From positions 1 to 53,814 of the IMG/VR virus record IMGVR_UViG_3300022407_002984: a stretch of 53,814 nt of DNA; one strand, written 5' to 3'. Position 1 is the stretch's first letter. Each line of letters opens with the position of its first letter. The notes below the pieces were generated by a model. The model searched no databases and was not told where the DNA came from. It worked only from the letters and a program-made list of their open reading frames with translations. Shown here in pieces: positions 44,201 to 53,814 of the stretch. The position numbers and the translations under genes were made by a program. Source of the stretch: a virus. Its lineage: Duplodnaviria; Caudoviricetes.

Positions 44201-46102
44201 TGTAACCGGTATAGTTACTTGAATTGAATTTTTACTTGCAGAAGCACCACAAGGTACAAACTCTGTATTAAAAGGGCTTACTAACGCTGTAGTTGAACGA
44301 TTAAATTCATCCATATATACAATACCAACTTCATATCCTCTATTACTATGTAAACTTGAAGGGTTTGCTATTTCTTGGAATATAGCTCTTGCAAATGTAA
44401 AAGTATAATACTCATAAACTCTTTGAGTAGGTGTTGTTACAGAATTTACATATTCCATAGCAGGAATTTGCAATCCAATAATAGTACTCGCAGGAGTTGA
44501 AATTATACTTATTGGTTGAAGTATAGCATTTATACCACTGCCATATTTTGTTAAAGAATCTAAATTATTAGGTAAAAAACAGTTTACTTGGTCAGTAAGT
44601 GTAGTGCCATCACAAGAAGTTTCTGCACCTGGTGTTGAGCTATAAACAGGTTTTATATTAGTTACTGTTCCTATTGCTTGAGTAAACTCAGGACTTGTAG
44701 CTAATGCGTATACAGATGTATAATCTGTTGATAGATTAAACACAAAGTCTAAATCAATGAAATCAGTTGTCTCAGTAGGTAAAGGTGAAGCACCAGTAAA
44801 AGCTGAGTGGGTTATTGTCATATTTATAGTTATAGACGAACCTGCTACTAAACTTATTCCTGCTAAATCAAAAGTTACAATAGAGGCAGCAATAGTTTCT
44901 CCTAATGCTGTTGGGTCTATATTATAAGTACCATTACCAGTAGAATCAGTAAGAGACGTTTGCCCTATAGACTCAGATATTAAAGATGTTGTGTATTCAA
45001 ATTTAACAGGTGCTCCATTTTTATCAATTAAATCGTATCCCTCTACATAGTTACCATACATCAATCTATTACCCATAATCGTTTGGGCTTTAGCAAATCG
45101 AGGTACGTTATCATAAAGTCTTAAGATTTCAGCTTCATTTAGTACTGTAAATATTTTACTATTATTAAATGAAAATTGATACAATTGATTATTAGCAAGA
45201 CCTAAATCTGCTTTATCAAGTTTCTCAATAATTTTAATTATATTCTTATTTGACTCTTTAAATAATAAATCAATACCAACCACAAGTGGTCCTCCTGAAT
45301 TATACTCAATTATAGCAGCATTACAAGAGTTTACCATACCTTCATTTAGCATACTATTTCTACTAAACTCAAAAGGTTGTGGTATAAATGCAGGCTCTGA
45401 CCATTGAGAGGTAGCAGAGTATTCTCCGTCTACATACTTGTATCTATAAGCAAAACATATAAATCTTGTCTCTAAGAAGTTCTCCTGTCCGCTTGTTATA
45501 ATAGGCGTTACACTCGGAGACTCAGTAGGTGGTTTCTTAATAACAAGTAAAGCTTCTGCTGAAACTTGGTCTATGTTTGCAATAGGATTAGGATACCTAT
45601 TTGTAGTAGGTCTTATGTTTATATATCTTGGAGCATTATAGTCATCTGTAAAGAATATTAAATCTTCAATAAGGTTTACTCCTGTTATAAGATAAGTTGG
45701 ATTAAAATTTAATGTAGTAGTTATACCATCACCGCTATCAATACTGATAACGTGATACGTTAGTACATTAGCTAATATATTATAAGATACAATTAAATCA
45801 AGTTTTCCTGTAGCTCCAACAGTAAATGCAGGGTCGTGAACAAACCAGTAAATAGTTTCATTAGCACTGTCTTCAATAGCACCGATACATCTTGCATCTG
45901 TACTTAAAAGAGTGCCATCAATATAGGTTAACGAAGTTAATGGTGAATTGCCTTTAGTATTAGTAATAACTCCTACTTCAGCTTTCTCAGTAGAACCCAT
46001 TCTAATATTCATAGCGTCAACATACTCGCCTTCAGGAAGAAGTCGTTGGTCAACAACTTTATTCATCCTACCCGATAAAAAATTTCTTGTGAAATTACCC
46101 AT
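41243..46102 (-). CDS. Tail nozzle / stabilisation protein
   Basis: NFLSGRMNK.VDQRLLPEGEY.DAMN, LIFFTDD.NAPR, FAYRYKY.DGEYS, GNRLMYGNY, YEVGIVYMDEFNR. Confidence 0.8.
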   Translation of the reverse strand: MGNFTRNFLSGRMNKVVDQRLLPEGEYVDAMNIRMGSTEKAEVGVITNTKGNSPLTSLTYIDGTLLSTDARCIGAIEDSANETIYWFVHDPAFTVGATGKLDLIVSYNILANVLTYHVISIDSGDGITTTLNFNPTYLITGVNLIEDLIFFTDDYNAPRYINIRPTTNRYPNPIANIDQVSAEALLVIKKPPTESPSVTPIITSGQENFLETRFICFAYRYKYVDGEYSATSQWSEPAFIPQPFEFSRNSMLNEGMVNSCNAAIIEYNSGGPLVVGIDLLFKESNKNIIKIIEKLDKADLGLANNQLYQFSFNNSKIFTVLNEAEILRLYDNVPRFAKAQTIMGNRLMYGNYVEGYDLIDKNGAPVKFEYTTSLISESIGQTSLTDSTGNGTYNIDPTALGETIAASIVTFDLAGISLVAGSSITINMTITHSAFTGASPLPTETTDFIDLDFVFNLSTDYTSVYALATSPEFTQAIGTVTNIKPVYSSTPGAETSCDGTTLTDQVNCFLPNNLDSLTKYGSGINAILQPISIISTPASTIIGLQIPAMEYVNSVTTPTQRVYEYYTFTFARAIFQEIANPSSLHSNRGYEVGIVYMDEFNRSTTALVSPFNTEFVPCGASASKNSIQVTIPVTQRAPSWATRYKFVIKPDEENYETIYSNIFFTDPDSNDVWFLIEGENTKKVETGDRLIVKADTSGPTTNCTYTTILDKQAQAEDFITPKENVSVLAGLYIKLNPNSFNLVVDPNAIVAAGNFEPLVFAGVGDQNCPEGQYPMNIAGTDPLHPTWTYVDYSVPAGSRIKIYINGNRQGTGNSCEALIAIWDVEFTASRDYDNMYDWFNGDNIAATLENPSISVAGGATIEYVPGLGSPGCNFNTVYLRFNRDNVTNRLWMNVSTGWACDGFGADGRRFFVDMEVIVYRAINTLIFETEPSDALPDVFFENNLSFAIDANGNHSGNIQNQNIASNIPAIIDTGFYNCFAFGNGAESYKIRDSIIGKSFNLGERVTTVADQDYKAADRFSDITYSGIYNGESNINKLNEFNAGLLNFKHCEASFGAIQLLDGRNTDVLTLQEDKISYVLAEKNLLSDASAGGIITATPEVLGTQIARTEKYGISFNPESYIQWGYDRFFADAKRGAIIQLKGGDSQNEQLVVASEQNMRTWFRDEFNASFNFQKLGGFDPYMNEYVLSMNDRQLPINPQCLNCGTSQTFTLSIGNEVSKTQTYCVDLGPTVGDANVYWAFTNIQSGKTLTVSATYDGTTVSSGAVSTNGQITFNKDNVSVETVQITLTYTGDMVVSVIGDCCNAEELNVVEVVLTNNSEAGKTIHTEYRYTNGTFIGPLLSNLVQFIDDTTSPVVSRYNITTGLVGEGGFPPEFSTMRLLSNAIVPDDFVFSTVYNKFKFRRSNTLYPNTNVGIQSLLSGSSLATPISGSSPTYYANFTVPASSSGSYLYLIWDLRSAIETELCFGSTTNDSCCDCTPGTYYLDADFSVATSIWTNNTLSTFAANGFYSLDGIVRQLVDGVLLPQQVCAGCAVEVSLCFGPTAFDVCCNCEIACDTPYNSYLVTNNESFEVIVYFYNENGILSSLPLAGSTEDAQFCSIGTPFSDSDITATYDSCNCLT

Positions 46103-46103
46103 A

Positions 46104-47027
46104 TTATTTTATTACCTTATCCATACCTCTTAAATTCATTAAGAGTCTACCTGGGTGAATATTACTAATTCTAATCTTTGCATTTCTTAATAACGCAGTT
46201 CTGTCTTTTCTTGCTCTTGCTACAATATATTCTTGTACACCAAATTTAGAATTTAATATCTCATATTTAATTGCTGCATAAACATATTGTTCAAATAATT
46301 TATTAACAGTAATCAATGAATCATCTCCGCTTTCCATACCATCAGATACATACTCAAGAATACATAACTCACCTGCCATACCTGAATCAAAATTAATAAC
46401 TCCTGCCTTCTTATCTATTCTAAAAGTAGGATTAAAATTAGCTGTCTCTGTATTTAAACCAAATGCTGTACCAATATTATAATCAAAATACCACATACCA
46501 TCGTAGTTCCAACCATATTGACCGTCAAATTGATTTCCTTGGTTTAAATAAATACTTTTCTTACTTCTTGTAAGTCTATCAAAATCAATGTCTGAATATT
46601 GTGGTCTTAATATATTACCATTTTGGTCAAATAAAATATTACCTTGTTGGTCTTGTAAGTAAGCATTAGCAGATAAAACCTGAATATTCTCAGTCAATGG
46701 TCTTAACCAACCATCTTTATACAAAGAAATACGAACCCAATTCACATAGTCCGAAGGAAGTACATATCTTAACGAATCAGCTACACTTAACTCTAATACT
46801 TTGATTTCCTTAAACGCGTCATAATTAAGCTCTTGTATCGCTCGTTTTGCGTGAAATATAACTTTATACCTTTCTTCGTTATTAACTAAGGAATGGTTTC
46901 CTGAGTACATCAATAAGAAATTATTAACTATATCATCTAAGCTGACATACTGATAAGAACCCCAGTTTTCGTCTTGAGGTGCGTTACCATTATTGTCATA
47001 ATATTCATATTGAGATAAATATGCCAT
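46104..47027 (-). CDS. Tail ring / adaptor protein
   Basis: AKRAIQELNYD, LPSDYVNWVRI, ILEYVSDG; between capsid and nozzle genes. Confidence 0.65.
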   Translation of the reverse strand: MAYLSQYEYYDNNGNAPQDENWGSYQYVSLDDIVNNFLLMYSGNHSLVNNEERYKVIFHAKRAIQELNYDAFKEIKVLELSVADSLRYVLPSDYVNWVRISLYKDGWLRPLTENIQVLSANAYLQDQQGNILFDQNGNILRPQYSDIDFDRLTRSKKSIYLNQGNQFDGQYGWNYDGMWYFDYNIGTAFGLNTETANFNPTFRIDKKAGVINFDSGMAGELCILEYVSDGMESGDDSLITVNKLFEQYVYAAIKYEILNSKFGVQEYIVARARKDRTALLRNAKIRISNIHPGRLLMNLRGMDKVIK

Positions 47028-47039
47028 TTCTTTTTATTT

Positions 47040-47975
47040 TTATTGTTGATTGTTTTGTTGCTCTTGAATCATACCAAATTGAGCAACTTCTGTCTCACGA
47101 ATTGAAATACCACAATACTGAAGTATTTTCATTACTAATCTATAAGTATCTTCATAAGGAAGTTCAAAATCTTCATAGTCAGGTTGAGACTGGTCAAATG
47201 CCGGTTCACCACTAACTAATGAAATATAAGTCCACTTTGGTGTTTTTGGGTGTCTAAAATAAACACATTCAACTTTTCCTTTAGCGTTTATAGTATCAGG
47301 AAATAAGTTAATTCTTTCTCCTTCAAAAGTATATGATGGATAAAATTCAGTTGGAGATGTTAAGCTCGATGCATTAAGCATTGTAATTTTTCCAACACTT
47401 ACCTTGTCAGCTTCTTTTGATGCTTTTGAGTAAATACTATAAGCTTGTCCTATTACTGTAAAAATATTTGAACTTAATGTTAATGTTGTATTTGAAACTA
47501 TATTTGTAATTGTAGAAACAGTACCTAATGTATCGTTAACAACAATGTCTCCAACAGATAAACCATTAGATAAAAAAGTTGCAGCAGAGTTTACAAGTGA
47601 ATTTAAAGATACTGCCGTAGTCACTCCTGATGTTAATTTTTTTGTATGACAAAGCATTTTAAGAATATAATAAGCAGTGTCTCCTGTAGTAGTAAGTGAT
47701 GGTATTGAGTATATATTACCACCCAAATGTGCTAAGTAATTTGTAACTAAAAAACCTTCAATAGTTTCTGCAATAGGACCTTCAACTTCAGCATAATCAC
47801 TTCCTGCTGTACGTGCATTTTCAGCATTTATAGCTTTATTATAGTTAATGAAGTATTCTTCAAATAACTCCATCTGCGCATTCTCAGCAAATAAATTGAA
47901 ATCTGATGGAGAGATATACCCGTAATTATTCTTGTTAAGTATGGATAATACTGTATTTCTAACTTCGTTTATCAT
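47040..47975 (-). CDS. Head-tail adaptor / ring protein
   Basis: NKNNYGYISPSDFNLFA..AQ, YFRHPKTPKW, DFELP. Confidence 0.65.
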   Translation of the reverse strand: MINEVRNTVLSILNKNNYGYISPSDFNLFAENAQMELFEEYFINYNKAINAENARTAGSDYAEVEGPIAETIEGFLVTNYLAHLGGNIYSIPSLTTTGDTAYYILKMLCHTKKLTSGVTTAVSLNSLVNSAATFLSNGLSVGDIVVNDTLGTVSTITNIVSNTTLTLSSNIFTVIGQAYSIYSKASKEADKVSVGKITMLNASSLTSPTEFYPSYTFEGERINLFPDTINAKGKVECVYFRHPKTPKWTYISLVSGEPAFDQSQPDYEDFELPYEDTYRLVMKILQYCGISIRETEVAQFGMIQEQQNNQQ

Positions 47976-47989
47976 TTTAAATCTTTTTA

Positions 47990-47997
47990 CAAATATA
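47990..47997 (-). promoter_or_regulatory. -7 promoter element for tail operon
   Basis: TATATTTG immediately downstream of the terminator. Confidence 0.6.
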
Positions 47998-47999
47998 GT

Positions 48000-48027
48000 A
48001 AAAAAAGCACAGAAATAAATCTGTGCT
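48000..48027 (-). terminator. Intrinsic terminator
   Basis: agcacaga/tctgtgct stem followed by T run on minus strand. Confidence 0.85.
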
Positions 48028-48053
48028 CATTTTCAAATAATAAGTTCTATTTG

Positions 48054-48797
48054 TTATTGAGGTAAGTTTGCCTCTAACATTTTAAGAGCATCAATACCTT
48101 CATCACTTGATAGGAAGTGACCTGCCATTTCGTAAGGGTCTTCACCAAATGGTACTGATAACATTTTCTTTTTATTTGTTGGTGTACTAAACCAAACTTC
48201 TTTATCGTTATTGCGTAATGCTAATAGTTTTTCTTCAAAGAATAAACGAACTTTAGCTTGAAACTGTAGTTCAGGGTCGTTCAATGTAGTCAAGAAACCT
48301 CTTGGGTCATTTTTAGCAAACACTAATATGTCTCGTCTTAATTCTGCTGTAGAAATTGTAGAAGGGTCTTTACCAAACATTACTCTTGTTAGAGTTTCTA
48401 TTTGTTCAAGTGAAAGTTTTCTTGCTTCAACTAAAGCATCAATTTCAATATCTAAATCTTCTACCTCGTCAGCAGCATCTTTTTCTTCATCTACCTCTAC
48501 AAATATTCTACCGTTTAATGGATGATAATGTAAGAAAGCTTGTAATGAAGGATTAGTTCTTGGAACGCTTAAGAAACCATCTTCAAAAATGATTGGCTCA
48601 AGTATTGCATTTCCATCTTGTTCGTCTTCGAAAGGAGACTTTTGATTTATCGCATATCTAAGTGCACGATTTTCATTCTTTTTTTCATCATACCACATTA
48701 AAGGGAATCGTGGATGATTTCTTGCCGCTAAGCTATATGAAAGCGGATTGCCTATCATTAATTTATAGACCTTGTCTATTGCAGGTGTTGTTGCCAT
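48054..48797 (-). CDS. Hypothetical protein downstream of major capsid gene
   Basis: 247 aa ORF; function not recognisable. Confidence 0.7.
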   Translation of the reverse strand: MATTPAIDKVYKLMIGNPLSYSLAARNHPRFPLMWYDEKKNENRALRYAINQKSPFEDEQDGNAILEPIIFEDGFLSVPRTNPSLQAFLHYHPLNGRIFVEVDEEKDAADEVEDLDIEIDALVEARKLSLEQIETLTRVMFGKDPSTISTAELRRDILVFAKNDPRGFLTTLNDPELQFQAKVRLFFEEKLLALRNNDKEVWFSTPTNKKKMLSVPFGEDPYEMAGHFLSSDEGIDALKMLEANLPQ

Positions 48798-48839
48798 TTT
48801 ATTATAATTTAATTTTATTTGATTTAATTTTTTTTACTT

Positions 48840-48868
48840 AAAAATATACAAGGGGACAATTAGTCCCC
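48840..48868 (-). terminator. Intrinsic terminator after major capsid gene
   Basis: ggggac-aatta-gtcccc stem with T-rich tail on minus strand. Confidence 0.65.
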
Positions 48869-48890
48869 CTGTAATATTTAAAACTATTGA

Positions 48891-50321
48891 TTAACCGTAA
48901 CGGAATAATACAAAGTTATTTGCACCTAAAGTACATACACATCTTTCAGATAGGAAGTTCACTTCCATTGCATCTAAATCGCTGTTTTGAGCACCTCCGG
49001 CAGAACCTGTAATCCAAGTTTTGTAACGTCTGTCTTCAGCTTCAGAAGCACGGTATCTTACGTGTAAGAATGGTCTCTTAGCGTTTTTACCCATTATTTG
49101 GTCGTACACAGAAGTAGAACCTGCAGGAACTAAAAGTCCAGTGATTGTACCTGTTGCTGTAGCAGCAGTTTGGTTTAATCCACCTCTCATAGTTGGGTCG
49201 TTTAGGTATTTCCAATCAGACTTGTAGAAATCGTAACCTCTACGGAATCCTGTGAATCCTAAATTTAATGCCATATCAACATCATTGTCGAATAAACCGA
49301 AAGATGCAGATTGAGCAACACCACCTGAAGTATAACCGTTTAATGTTGCTAACATATTGTCGATGTCAAAAGACAATCCACGGTTAACAAAAATTACGTT
49401 TTCTTCGATAGCTCCTTGTTTGTCCAAACGAGAAACGATTGTGTCCCATTCCAACAAAGAAGTTGGTGTACCACCACCCCAAACATTTCCTCTTTGGTTT
49501 ACTACGTAGAAGATACCTTCAGAACCACCTTGACCATTTCCTCCAAGTACAGCTGCTGCACCTGAGTTGTTTTGAGCAGGAACTGCTTCAATCATAGCTG
49601 TCTCTAAGTAATCTTCGAAACGTAAACGAGTTTCGTGCTCTGATTTCAAATACCATAAGTATCCAGTAGCTCCGTTTTCAGTAGTTACTTCAACCCATCC
49701 GATTTGAGCCATATCAGAACCATTAACAGCATACTTATCTTTAATGATAATTGGTTTGTTGCTGTAGATGTCATCTTCTGCTTCTAATGAACCAACCATT
49801 CCGTTAGTTCCTTTTTTGAACTCAGAACCGTAAATGAATACAGTACAAGCTGTAGACAAAGCAAAAGCTTGACCTGCTGCTTCGTAGTAAGCTACTGTGA
49901 AAGTAGTTGCTGAAGGAACCGCAGTAACGATTGCTTTGTTGAAAACACCTGAAGTGTTGTTTTGAATCATAACAGTTTGACCAACTCTAATTGCGATGTA
50001 AGTTACACCTGAATCAGCTACTGTAAAAGTTGCTGTTGGAGAGTTAATTGCTGCACCTGAAGTACAGTTAGTGTACTTAATGTGAAGACGTCCTTGTTCC
50101 GCCCATTTGATTTGGTCAGAGTTAGAAGGCATCTCAGCACCTACCATTCTTAAGAATGATGCGATGGTTCTATTACCATATCTTTCAAATTCTTTTTCGT
50201 AAGTATCAGGAAGATACTGGTTCAAGAAGTTAAAGTTGGTAATGTAGTTTGTTGATAACGCTACTTGCTCCGCTGACGGTTGTAATGCATAAGTAGGGTT
50301 GTTTAATAAAGCACTTGCCAT
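48891..50321 (-). CDS. Major capsid protein
   Basis: 476 aa following portal and scaffold; WAEQGRLH, YGSEFKKG, IIIKD, FLSERC; highly biased codon usage. Confidence 0.85.
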   Translation of the reverse strand: MASALLNNPTYALQPSAEQVALSTNYITNFNFLNQYLPDTYEKEFERYGNRTIASFLRMVGAEMPSNSDQIKWAEQGRLHIKYTNCTSGAAINSPTATFTVADSGVTYIAIRVGQTVMIQNNTSGVFNKAIVTAVPSATTFTVAYYEAAGQAFALSTACTVFIYGSEFKKGTNGMVGSLEAEDDIYSNKPIIIKDKYAVNGSDMAQIGWVEVTTENGATGYLWYLKSEHETRLRFEDYLETAMIEAVPAQNNSGAAAVLGGNGQGGSEGIFYVVNQRGNVWGGGTPTSLLEWDTIVSRLDKQGAIEENVIFVNRGLSFDIDNMLATLNGYTSGGVAQSASFGLFDNDVDMALNLGFTGFRRGYDFYKSDWKYLNDPTMRGGLNQTAATATGTITGLLVPAGSTSVYDQIMGKNAKRPFLHVRYRASEAEDRRYKTWITGSAGGAQNSDLDAMEVNFLSERCVCTLGANNFVLFRYG

Positions 50322-50338
50322 TTTAAATTGTTTTTAGT

Positions 50339-51439
50339 TTATAATCTTTTTATACTACGGATTTTAAGACTTCTACCGGAATCAGGATTCACCGCTTTTA
50401 CCTGCATTCCTTCCGTTGATTTTGTAACCTCAGGCGCTCTATTTGTAGACATTTGAATGTTTTTAATGCTCTTCATAGTACCTTCTGTTGCATCAGCTTG
50501 ACCTTGTTCGTAAAAGAACTTAGCAAACTTCTCAGGATTCATAGCGACTGCTAATGATTTGTGATAACCAGCTGCATCTTTAATTAACCCTTGCTCATCT
50601 AAAAACTTATTAATAAAGTTAGCAGGTGTGGCTTGAGCCTTTTTAAGTTCATTGGCTTCTCCGGGATTGAAAGTGATTTTTTTGTCATTAACATTGAACT
50701 CAAAACCTTTGAACTCTCTATTAAATACTTCATCAGATTTTTGGTTAAACCAATTTCTTTTTCTTTCATTCTCTTCGTCAATCGTCTTCGCTTGTTGGGT
50801 ATATTGCTTATAGCTTTCGTAAATCTCTCTTTCCTCGTCAGAAACAAGCGGAACACTTGACTCAAGTGGCACTTTGTATTTTTCTTTTTGAGAATTGAAA
50901 AATTTCTTTGCTTCAGCAACAGCCTTTTTCTTTGCGATTTTAATTCTTTTAATGTGTGACTCATCGTCAATATCTTCGTCAAAACGATAATCATCCATTA
51001 AAGAATCAATATCCTCAGCATCAAGTCCTTCTTGAGTTGCTGATAAATAACTTTTAAGTAAACTTTCAGGCTCCATTGAATCATAATCTTTCTTAAGATT
51101 TAAGAAATCTTCAAATCCCCTTCCTGTTTCCTTTTTATATTTCATATAAGCAGCAACATCTTCAGGTAAAGCCTCAGCTTCTTTCCTTTCTGCTGTTAAT
51201 TCATCTAATGAATTTATCTGCTTATTATATCTTTTTCCAATATATGAAAGAACTTGTTCTTCATCTAATTCAGGCTGTTGAACAATTTGTTGTACAACTT
51301 CCTCTTGTTGTTGTGTATCTTCTTGTACAATATTTTGTACCTCTTCAAATTGTTGTTCGTGTTTTTCAAGTAACTCTTGTTCTACTTGAGCGGTTCCTTT
51401 TTCTTCAGAGCCATCTAATAATCTTACTTTCATTTCCAT
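50339..51439 (-). CDS. Scaffolding protein (putative)
   Basis: Acidic, helical; between portal and capsid; FYEQGQADA. Confidence 0.75.
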   Translation of the reverse strand: MEMKVRLLDGSEEKGTAQVEQELLEKHEQQFEEVQNIVQEDTQQQEEVVQQIVQQPELDEEQVLSYIGKRYNKQINSLDELTAERKEAEALPEDVAAYMKYKKETGRGFEDFLNLKKDYDSMEPESLLKSYLSATQEGLDAEDIDSLMDDYRFDEDIDDESHIKRIKIAKKKAVAEAKKFFNSQKEKYKVPLESSVPLVSDEEREIYESYKQYTQQAKTIDEENERKRNWFNQKSDEVFNREFKGFEFNVNDKKITFNPGEANELKKAQATPANFINKFLDEQGLIKDAAGYHKSLAVAMNPEKFAKFFYEQGQADATEGTMKSIKNIQMSTNRAPEVTKSTEGMQVKAVNPDSGRSLKIRSIKRL

Positions 51440-51470
51440 TTAATTTGATTTTATTTGATTTAATTTTTTA

Positions 51471-51478
51471 CAAAGCTA
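51471..51478 (-). promoter_or_regulatory. -7 promoter element for scaffold-capsid operon
   Basis: TAGCTTTG on minus strand. Confidence 0.6.
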
Positions 51479-51496
51479 TACAATTTTTTTGATATT

Positions 51497-53812
51497 TTAT
51501 CGAGGCTCAAATTCTGACAAATCAAACCCGTCCAAACTGTCTTCATTAGATTCAAAATTTAACGGAGGTAAGTTGTTTTTTCTTTGGTCTATTAACTTTG
51601 ATTGCTCTGTATTTTGTTGGCTAATACGCTTAGCCTTAGCATCTTCTCTGTCTTGCTCACGCTTACTTAAGGTTTGCATTTCAATACCATTAAGTTGTTG
51701 GTTGTATTGAAACTCTTCAGCCATCAAGTGAGATTTTAACTCAGCTTGTACTTGCATTGTTTTAATATTGTATTCAGTCTCCATTTGTTTTAACTGCATC
51801 TTAGTCTGCAATTCAACTTGCATTTTCTGCATAGCTAACTGACCTGCCATCTCTTGAGACTTCAATTGTTGTTGAGCCATCATTGCTTGTTGTTGCATTT
51901 TCATTTGCTCCTCACGGTCTTGTTTCTTAATTCGCTTCATCTTCAATAACTGATTAGCAAGTTTAAGATTTCTAATCTCACGAATGTCAATTGCATCCTC
52001 AAGGTTAATGTCTCCTTTAGATAATGCCATTTGAATATTAGCTTCAAGCTGTGCTTTTTGTTCTTCATCAGGTGCAACCTCAATAAAGATACCAAAGTCA
52101 TAAATATAAAGGTCAGCAATGTCTCCTAATATAGATACATTGTATCTACCTATTTGGTTTATAAACTCATCTTTAAAGTCAGAGTATTCTAATATATCTC
52201 CAATTCTATAAGTCAATGCTTCTGCCATTGAACGATAAATATATAGACCACCTTCAAGAATATGACGTGTAGCTGTATTTGAATTTAAAGCTGCTAATTT
52301 TTGTAAACCAACTAATGAATGTGGGTCAGGAGTAGAACCATCTCTTGCTTCATTTAAACCAGTTACAGTTCTAATCATATCCATATAGTGGTTATAATTA
52401 GCAATAAGCATTTGTGTTTTTCCTACACCTGTATTAGAACTTAATTGTGTAATTGGAACCTTAGCATTATTAAAGTCTCCATCTTGAGTAAAGCTTCTAC
52501 CGATTACCGAACCGGTTTGGAAGTATAATCTTAAAGCATCCTCAGGATTATAAGCCGCTCCATTACCTAAGTCAACCTCATTAAGACCATCGGCATCAAT
52601 AAATACACCATCAGGTACCACACGATTAATTACTTGTTGTAACTTTAAATGCGTAATTTGGATAAGGTCAGCAAATGGTATCATTCTACGAACTAAAGAC
52701 TCAATAGCCCCTTTGTACATACGTGGTGCTGATGCAACATAATTTGGCAATGCGTGTTGTGAAGCTGATTTCGGTCTTACCATATTCTCAGACAATCTCC
52801 ATTGTAAAAGAATATTTGTACCCATAACCATAATACCTTCATACCATACATCAATAGTTTTCTCTATCTTCTCGAAGTTTCCTTCTTCCATCATCTCTGT
52901 TGGAGGATTGAAAGTATCGTCTTTTTCAATTACACGTGAACCACCATTATCAAGTATTTTCTTTTTGTAAACTACTTTCTTAGTAGTCTTATAGTTAAAA
53001 TACATTAACGTACAAGTATCACGAGAGAATACACTATTCTCATAGAATTGAGCTACGTTAAAATAATCGTACCAACCTTGACTGTATTGAGTTATCTCTT
53101 GTAAATCTTCTTTAGTTAAACGCTGGTCAATCTTCATTAACTCGGTAATAGGAAGTGTTTTAATTTCTCCCCAATAGAAACAATCTTTAAAATAAGGGTC
53201 TTCAGTATAGCTATATACAACATTAGCAGGGTCAACATAAGATATTTGTACACCTGTTCCTTGTAAAAACTCGTGTTTCGCTATAGATATACCAAGTACG
53301 GTAGCATCGTAGTCAAGTCTTTTTCTAATGTCTTCGTAATGGTTCTCATCAAATATAGTATTGATAGCTTCTTCTTCAGCTATCTCAATTGCAGGTTTGT
53401 AATTAAGCTGCATATATAAACTCAATTCTTCATCAGACTCAGGAAGCTTTTCAGGGTCCATAGTAAAAGCATTGTAACCTGTCTCTTGCTTTATAGTTTC
53501 TAACACAGGTTTAGCAACCATTTGCCCCTCAATCATATTTTGGTATTTGCTCCTTTTTGATTGAGACATAGCATCTTGAGAATATGCTTTAACTTTAAAT
53601 AGTCTATCGGACATACCATTGACAACAATGTCAACAAATTTAGGAATGATTGGAACAGGCGTCCAATCTAAGTTTAAATAAGATAAATCACCATCAATAG
53701 CTAATTCATTTTTATATTTACCTACTGATTGTTCTCCTCTTGCATATAACCTAAGTCTATGAAATTCTCTCCATTGACCATAGTATCTACAGTTACTTCC
53801 ATCTTTACGGAA
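51497..53812 (-). CDS. Portal protein, 5' end beyond window
   Basis: Frame stays open upstream of 53614 to the edge (FRKDG...LRLYARGEQ...LNLDWTPVPIIPKFVDIVVNGM); TGLNEARDG; Q/M-rich C-terminal barrel. Confidence 0.88.
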   Translation of the reverse strand, partial: FRKDGSNCRYYGQWREFHRLRLYARGEQSVGKYKNELAIDGDLSYLNLDWTPVPIIPKFVDIVVNGMSDRLFKVKAYSQDAMSQSKRSKYQNMIEGQMVAKPVLETIKQETGYNAFTMDPEKLPESDEELSLYMQLNYKPAIEIAEEEAINTIFDENHYEDIRKRLDYDATVLGISIAKHEFLQGTGVQISYVDPANVVYSYTEDPYFKDCFYWGEIKTLPITELMKIDQRLTKEDLQEITQYSQGWYDYFNVAQFYENSVFSRDTCTLMYFNYKTTKKVVYKKKILDNGGSRVIEKDDTFNPPTEMMEEGNFEKIEKTIDVWYEGIMVMGTNILLQWRLSENMVRPKSASQHALPNYVASAPRMYKGAIESLVRRMIPFADLIQITHLKLQQVINRVVPDGVFIDADGLNEVDLGNGAAYNPEDALRLYFQTGSVIGRSFTQDGDFNNAKVPITQLSSNTGVGKTQMLIANYNHYMDMIRTVTGLNEARDGSTPDPHSLVGLQKLAALNSNTATRHILEGGLYIYRSMAEALTYRIGDILEYSDFKDEFINQIGRYNVSILGDIADLYIYDFGIFIEVAPDEEQKAQLEANIQMALSKGDINLEDAIDIREIRNLKLANQLLKMKRIKKQDREEQMKMQQQAMMAQQQLKSQEMAGQLAMQKMQVELQTKMQLKQMETEYNIKTMQVQAELKSHLMAEEFQYNQQLNGIEMQTLSKREQDREDAKAKRISQQNTEQSKLIDQRKNNLPPLNFESNEDSLDGFDLSEFEPR

Positions 53813-53814
53813 CT

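Noticed and set aside
1-53814. Stop-codon reassignment; prophage/integration module
   Set aside because: Long genes are intact under the standard code and TAA, TAG and TGA all serve as stops; no integrase or host genes recognised.

Overview
This window is most of the genome of an AT-rich tailed phage of Bacteroidota, probably flavobacterial, with podovirus/crAss-like structural genes. Host assignment is inferred from TAnnTTTG promoters, the absence of Shine-Dalgarno sites and a VirE_N/BT4734-type primase. From left to right there are four blocks. (1) A minus-strand late block (1-12270): tail fibre open at the left edge, u-spanin/endolysin/holin, about 13 small mostly basic ORFs, and groEL...HNH...groES, with one plus-strand wHTH gene. 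(2) A GC-rich strand-switch region (about 12320-12540), a likely genome end or packaging site. (3) A plus-strand early and replication block (12858-30493): many small ORFs, amidoligase plus class II glutamine amidotransferase, Sak3-type recombinase, exonuclease, SSB, primase-helicase, SF2 helicase, VRR-NUC and two DnaA-domain-IV-like proteins; I recognised no DNA polymerase. (4) A minus-strand morphogenesis block (30490-53814): internal virion proteins, GNAT, tail nozzle, ring proteins, major capsid, scaffold, and portal open at the right edge. The most striking unexplained signals are a ~520-nt structured non-coding region bracketed by two covarying tRNA-top-half-like elements, a tandem array of small late genes sharing an N-terminal RPDTPL leader, a second pseudoknotted ncRNA candidate, and two architecturally matching origin-like elements 11 kb apart. 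All product calls come from motif recognition by eye; no database searches were run.
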